In this document: one piece after another, positions 59,938 through 64,000 of the stretch
How positions within the stretch are numbered: the stretch's first letter is position 1
How the letters are laid out: each line of letters starts with the position of its first letter
Source of the DNA: Candidatus Peribacteria bacterium
GTDB taxonomy: Bacteria > Patescibacteriota > Gracilibacteria > UBA1369 > UBA12463
Reading direction: 5' to 3'
Assembly (NCBI GenBank): GCA_943354965.1
Contig: CALRDN010000002.1
Coordinates: forward strand, 38,029 to 102,028
Length of the DNA stretch: 64,000 nucleotides
Made by a program: the position numbers and the translations under genes
Notes under the pieces: generated by a model
Told to the model about the DNA's origin: nothing
The model's database searches: none
Seen by the model: only the letters and a program-made list of their open reading frames with translations

Positions 59938-60708
59938 ATGAATAAAATAAGACTCTCATCTCCGGGGAAGATCAACTTAACGCTCGATATAGGGCGAAAA
60001 ACCGCCGAAGGATACCATAAAATGCAGTCAATACTCATGCCAATTCAGCTTCACGACAGTATTACGTTGGAGAAAAATGATATAAAGAAAGTAATACTTC
60101 ATACGAAGGGTCGCTCCTGCCCTCAAGGCAGGGAAAATATGGCATACAAAGCCGCAGAACTCTTCTGCAAAGCCGCAAATATTCGACCAGCCGTAACAAT
60201 TACGCTCTACAAGCGCATTCCTTTGTCTTCTGGGCTAGGCGGTGGCTCTAGTAACGCAGCGACGGTATTGATTGGCTTGAATGAGCTTTATGATAGTCCC
60301 CTTTCCATGAAAAAGCTTTTGGAATTAGCCAAGGAAATTGGCATGGACACGCCATTTTTCCTGAATCCGACACTCGCACTGGCTACCCATTTTGGAGAAA
60401 AAATAGCTCCAATTGTAAGAAAAAATAGCACTCTACCAAAGGTGTTGCTACTTCCCTCAAAAGCAAAGAAAAAATCAACAGGGTTGGCCTATGAAAGTTT
60501 GGATTTATCGCTCTGCGGAAAGAAAAAAGAGAACACGCAAAAGCTCCTGAATTTTCTAAAAAAATCGCCTAAATCTTGGGATGGTAGTTGGAACGTCCTT
60601 CTCCATAATGATTTTGAACAGCTATATACCATACCGTCAACCAACCAAAAAACAAAAAAAACGTACCTAACCGGAGCGGGACCGATGAGATTTAGGATTT
60701 GCGAGTAA
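59938..60708 (+). CDS. ispE: 4-diphosphocytidyl-2-C-methyl-D-erythritol kinase (short C-terminus)
   Basis: [38 protein letters not shown] and LTGAGP motifs. Confidence 0.9.
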   Translation: MNKIRLSSPGKINLTLDIGRKTAEGYHKMQSILMPIQLHDSITLEKNDIKKVILHTKGRSCPQGRENMAYKAAELFCKAANIRPAVTITLYKRIPLSSGLGGGSSNAATVLIGLNELYDSPLSMKKLLELAKEIGMDTPFFLNPTLALATHFGEKIAPIVRKNSTLPKVLLLPSKAKKKSTGLAYESLDLSLCGKKKENTQKLLNFLKKSPKSWDGSWNVLLHNDFEQLYTIPSTNQKTKKTYLTGAGPMRFRICE

Positions 60709-61228
60709 GGTTGAATCCAATTTTTCTTCTGGATGATTTTTCTTTCCCAATATCTAGAAGTTGCTTGATAGCCTGAAACACGATAGAAAAATTCTGATCA
60801 TATTTTTTCTCAAGCATTTCGATTTTTTCACGGAGTTCTTTATGTGTCGAAAGCATCTTTCGTAGACGGGTAAACATACGCATAATTTGTATATTAACTT
60901 GTATGGCACGGTCACTATTGAGAACGCTTGATAGCATGGCAACTCCCTGCTCGGTAAAAGCAAAAGGGAGATATTTTATATTCTTTCCTGATTCCAAGGT
61001 CACAATTTGTGATCTTGGAATATTGGCTTCTTTAAGGCTAAGTTGAAACATAAAGTCCCTAGGAAATCGATCAATATTTCGTTTAACAGCCTGATTCAAA
61101 ACTCTCGTCTCCACGCCATACAGTTCTGCCAAATCTTTATCCATCATAACTTTTTCTCCACGAATGATATAAATTTTTCGAGCGATATAATCTTCATCAA
61201 TAGTAATAATATTTTTTTGTAATTTCAT
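60692..61228 (-). CDS. ORF6N-domain (phage antirepressor-like) DNA-binding protein
   Basis: [37 protein letters not shown] and [15 protein letters not shown]. Confidence 0.9.
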   Translation of the reverse strand: MKLQKNIITIDEDYIARKIYIIRGEKVMMDKDLAELYGVETRVLNQAVKRNIDRFPRDFMFQLSLKEANIPRSQIVTLESGKNIKYLPFAFTEQGVAMLSSVLNSDRAIQVNIQIMRMFTRLRKMLSTHKELREKIEMLEKKYDQNFSIVFQAIKQLLDIGKEKSSRRKIGFNLTRKS

Positions 61229-61330
61229 AAAAAATAAAGTGTAAGAAATATAATATCCCATACTTTATCATGCAAATATGACAAAACGATGAAGGATCGA
61301 TAACATCTTCTTGAATTATTTCTGACATAC

Positions 61331-61933
61331 TTACATCCCCATTCTTCCCATCATAGCGCGGGAAATGGTACTTTCATCGGCATATCCGAGCTCTCCTCCT
61401 ACGGGAAGTCCGCGGGCGATGCGCGTCACGTGTACGTCGAGACCCTGTAGCATTTTGGTAATATACATTGCCGTGGTTTCGCCTTCGACACTTGGATTTA
61501 CCGCAAGAATAACCTCTTTTATGCCGCCTTCACGTATTCGTTTTTCTAATTCATAAAGTTTCAAATTTTCCGGACCGATACCGTCTATAGGAGAAAGAAC
61601 CCCATGAAGTACATGATACACGCCATGAAATGCGCCGGATTTTTCTATAGCAACGACGTCTAATACTTGCTCAACGACGCAGACGATATCCTTCACGCGA
61701 GCATCATCACCACATATTCTGCAAATGCTAGAGTCCGATAAATGCCAGCAGATAGAGCAAAACTCAACGCCATCTTTCATATTCAATACAGAATCTCCCA
61801 GATCTTTGATTCGTGAGTGCGGCGAATGTAACAAATGAATCGCTAGTCGCTCAGCGCTTTTCGGCCCAATGCCGGGAAGACGAGAAAATTCATCAATCAA
61901 ATTCTGAATGGATCGTGGTAGAAAAGAGCTCAT
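61331..61933 (-). CDS. recR: Recombination protein RecR
   Basis: HhH LPGIGPKSAERL, C4 zinc finger, YHVLHG, EGETTA and TRIARGLPVG. Confidence 0.96.
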   Translation of the reverse strand: MSSFLPRSIQNLIDEFSRLPGIGPKSAERLAIHLLHSPHSRIKDLGDSVLNMKDGVEFCSICWHLSDSSICRICGDDARVKDIVCVVEQVLDVVAIEKSGAFHGVYHVLHGVLSPIDGIGPENLKLYELEKRIREGGIKEVILAVNPSVEGETTAMYITKMLQGLDVHVTRIARGLPVGGELGYADESTISRAMMGRMGM

Positions 61934-61955
61934 ATCAAAAAAAGTATATCACGCG

Positions 61956-62510
61956 CTACCGAGCTATCAACCTCAAAAACTCCGAGCGAGTCGTGTCATT
62001 TTTTTTGAATGAACCCTGGAGTGAAGATGTGACTACGACGCTATTTTGCTTTTCTACGCCACGCGACATGACGCACAGATGTTGAGCCTCGATTACTACT
62101 CCAACTCCCTTTGCGCCAACGAGTTTCATGAGAGCCTGGGCAATTTGTGAGGTAAGACGTTCCTGATTTTGCAGTCTGCGAGAGAAGATTTCGACAAGTC
62201 GAGGTAATTTAGAGAGGCCAATTAATTTACCATCAGGGATATATCCAATGTGTGCTTTTCCAAAAAAAGCCAACATGTGGTGTTCACACATAGAATAAAA
62301 TTCGATGTTTTTCGATACAATCATCTCGTCATACGCCTCACCGTCAAACACGGTCAGGACATCTTCGGGTTTCTTATCATAGCCGGAAAAAAGCGTCTTA
62401 TACGCCTCGGCTACTCGCCTCGGCGTCTCCCTCAATCCCTCACGTCCACCATCCTCCCCCATTGCGCTCAGGAGTTCTCCAGTCAGCCGTTCTATAGTTT
62501 TTGTATCCAT
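61956..62510 (-). CDS. folE: GTP cyclohydrolase I
   Basis: [29 protein letters not shown] and HLCVMSRG motifs. Confidence 0.96.
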   Translation of the reverse strand: MDTKTIERLTGELLSAMGEDGGREGLRETPRRVAEAYKTLFSGYDKKPEDVLTVFDGEAYDEMIVSKNIEFYSMCEHHMLAFFGKAHIGYIPDGKLIGLSKLPRLVEIFSRRLQNQERLTSQIAQALMKLVGAKGVGVVIEAQHLCVMSRGVEKQNSVVVTSSLQGSFKKNDTTRSEFLRLIAR

Positions 62511-62576
62511 TGGAACAGTATTCTACGAGACTCCCAGCTTCAGGGCAAGGAGAACATGTCCCAGAGACCACCTAGA

Positions 62577-62605
62577 TTGACTTATAAAGCTAAAAATGAT
62601 ATAAT
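62577..62605 (+). promoter_or_regulatory. Sigma70 promoter with extended -10
   Basis: TTGACT, 17-bp spacer, TG-a-TATAAT. Confidence 0.7.
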
Positions 62606-62637
62606 AGAAAGAAATAAAAATATCAAAAAACGCCAAT

Positions 62638-64000
62638 ATGTTTATCAAACGATCATTTCATAATTTCCAAGGAGCATACTCATGCTTTGTATCGAGCAGG
62701 ATGGTTTACGAAGAAGGTGCAATGAATAATGCGCCTGGATCAATAGAAGGCAAGGGGGAAGAGGAAGTGGCCGCACCAGAAGAGACAAAAAGAGACAGGG
62801 AAATAGAAAACGTTTATCGTGAAGCACAAGAGCAACGAGCAGAACATTCAAATACAATTGGAGTCGATAGAAGTGCCTCCGAACAGTCGAATCGACTGGC
62901 GCAGGCTGAATCTGAAAGAATGATACAAGTGGATGCAAAACAGTTTGTAGATAAAGATGCGGAATCAGTAGGTTATAAGAGCCAATTAGAGACGGCGAAA
63001 GGGATATTGAACAGTCTCAGCATAGAAACGAACAAAATACTCACACATCTAACCCCGCCGGTTTTTTCATTAACGAACTCATTACAACCAAAGGCGGATA
63101 GTAATGGGTATTATTTTGTATATATTGACATACGTAATACGCCACAGGATATCAAAAAAAATCTGGAGAATGCGGCAAAGATGATTATTGAAGAAGGTAG
63201 ATTTTTGCACAACACGCCACAGGAAGACAATGCGGCAGACCGCGCACGAGAAAAAGGGATGCCATTCAAGAATATACGACAGGCATATGTGGAAGATCTA
63301 AAAAATAAACAAAAAATTAATTGGAATGGACCGGCGGGAGATCCATTAGCTCCATACTCATGGGTAGAAAATGATCAGAAAGATGGCGAATGGTTCAACT
63401 ATGCCGTCGAAACGCCAGCGGAAACTGCCGATAGAATACAAAAGAATGCTAAAGAAAAAGAGGTAAAAAGAAGGTCCAATGATGAGGCGAAAAAAATAGC
63501 AGATGACGAAGCCGCAGCAAGAAAAGCAGCCATTGAAGAAGAGGCCAACAAAGAGGCCGACAAGGAAGACATCAGTAAATTCAAAGCAGTTCTGGACGCC
63601 TATAACGTCAAGCGCGAAGCGTTTAATCAGGCAAATGGGTTGAAGCTTACGAGCCATCTTGATGCATTTTTTAATATAGATAAGGGCCCGTATAAATTAG
63701 CCGATATCGATGAGTATGGAGCAAGATTAGAGGGTCTCAGTAATGGCATTGATAGATTTGGAAAGATATTTGAGGGTATGAGCGAAAATACAAAAAATAT
63801 TCTCAAGTCGGTAGAGCTTATTATTGATCAAGAAGATGAAGATAAAAAGGATACGGAAAAAAATATTTCAAGAAACGCAGACGGAAGTTATCGTCTATGG
63901 TTCGATATCGCGAAAGATGAGAAGACAGTAAAGAAGGATATTATTGGCCAGAAAAATAATTTTGTAAAAGGAAAGAAATACACAGAAGACTCTCCAATTG
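62638..64000 (+). CDS. Large acidic/charged hypothetical protein (3' end outside window; absent from ORF track)
   Basis: Frame read manually from ATG at 62638 (MFIKRSFHNFQGAYSCFVSSRMVYEE..) to the window end without a stop; promoter upstream. Confidence 0.8.
   Translation, partial: MFIKRSFHNFQGAYSCFVSSRMVYEEGAMNNAPGSIEGKGEEEVAAPEETKRDREIENVYREAQEQRAEHSNTIGVDRSASEQSNRLAQAESERMIQVDAKQFVDKDAESVGYKSQLETAKGILNSLSIETNKILTHLTPPVFSLTNSLQPKADSNGYYFVYIDIRNTPQDIKKNLENAAKMIIEEGRFLHNTPQEDNAADRAREKGMPFKNIRQAYVEDLKNKQKINWNGPAGDPLAPYSWVENDQKDGEWFNYAVETPAETADRIQKNAKEKEVKRRSNDEAKKIADDEAAARKAAIEEEANKEADKEDISKFKAVLDAYNVKREAFNQANGLKLTSHLDAFFNIDKGPYKLADIDEYGARLEGLSNGIDRFGKIFEGMSENTKNILKSVELIIDQEDEDKKDTEKNISRNADGSYRLWFDIAKDEKTVKKDIIGQKNNFVKGKKYTEDSPI

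Overview
A 64-kb chromosomal segment from a small-genome bacterium, inferred to be CPR/Patescibacteria and probably Peregrinibacteria-like. The inference rests on the near-absence of Shine-Dalgarno motifs, many apparently leaderless genes and CPR-typical protein families. TGA is used as a stop, so the code is 11 rather than 25. Housekeeping genes: PMM/PGM, argS, topA, hup, pheS/pheT, a class A PBP, rdgB, dus, tmRNA, mfd, dnaN, rny, holB, murF, infC-rpmI-rplT, recR and folE. Two biosynthetic clusters are unexpected for such a genome: a shikimate/Phe/Tyr operon (aroA-aroK fusion, aroQ, DAHP synthase, aroB, aroC, pheA, tyrA-CM, aminotransferase; no aroE) and a MEP isoprenoid cluster (ispG, dxr, ispDF, ispE). 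Best find: an unannotated 22-aa leader peptide (12739-12807, core FGYYFWNF) with mutually exclusive antiterminator and terminator hairpins, consistent with one attenuator sensing Phe, Tyr and Trp together. Other highlights: a likely oriC upstream of dnaN with no adjacent dnaA; a half-degenerate tandem SpeD-like decarboxylase paired with an amidinotransferase next to argS; an ECF-sigma-like protein fused to a TM anchor; a tmRNA with a non-canonical tag; 11-bp-phased repeat arrays flanking pheST; and a gene broken by a perfect 19-bp tandem duplication. All calls come from manual motif reading; no database searches were run.
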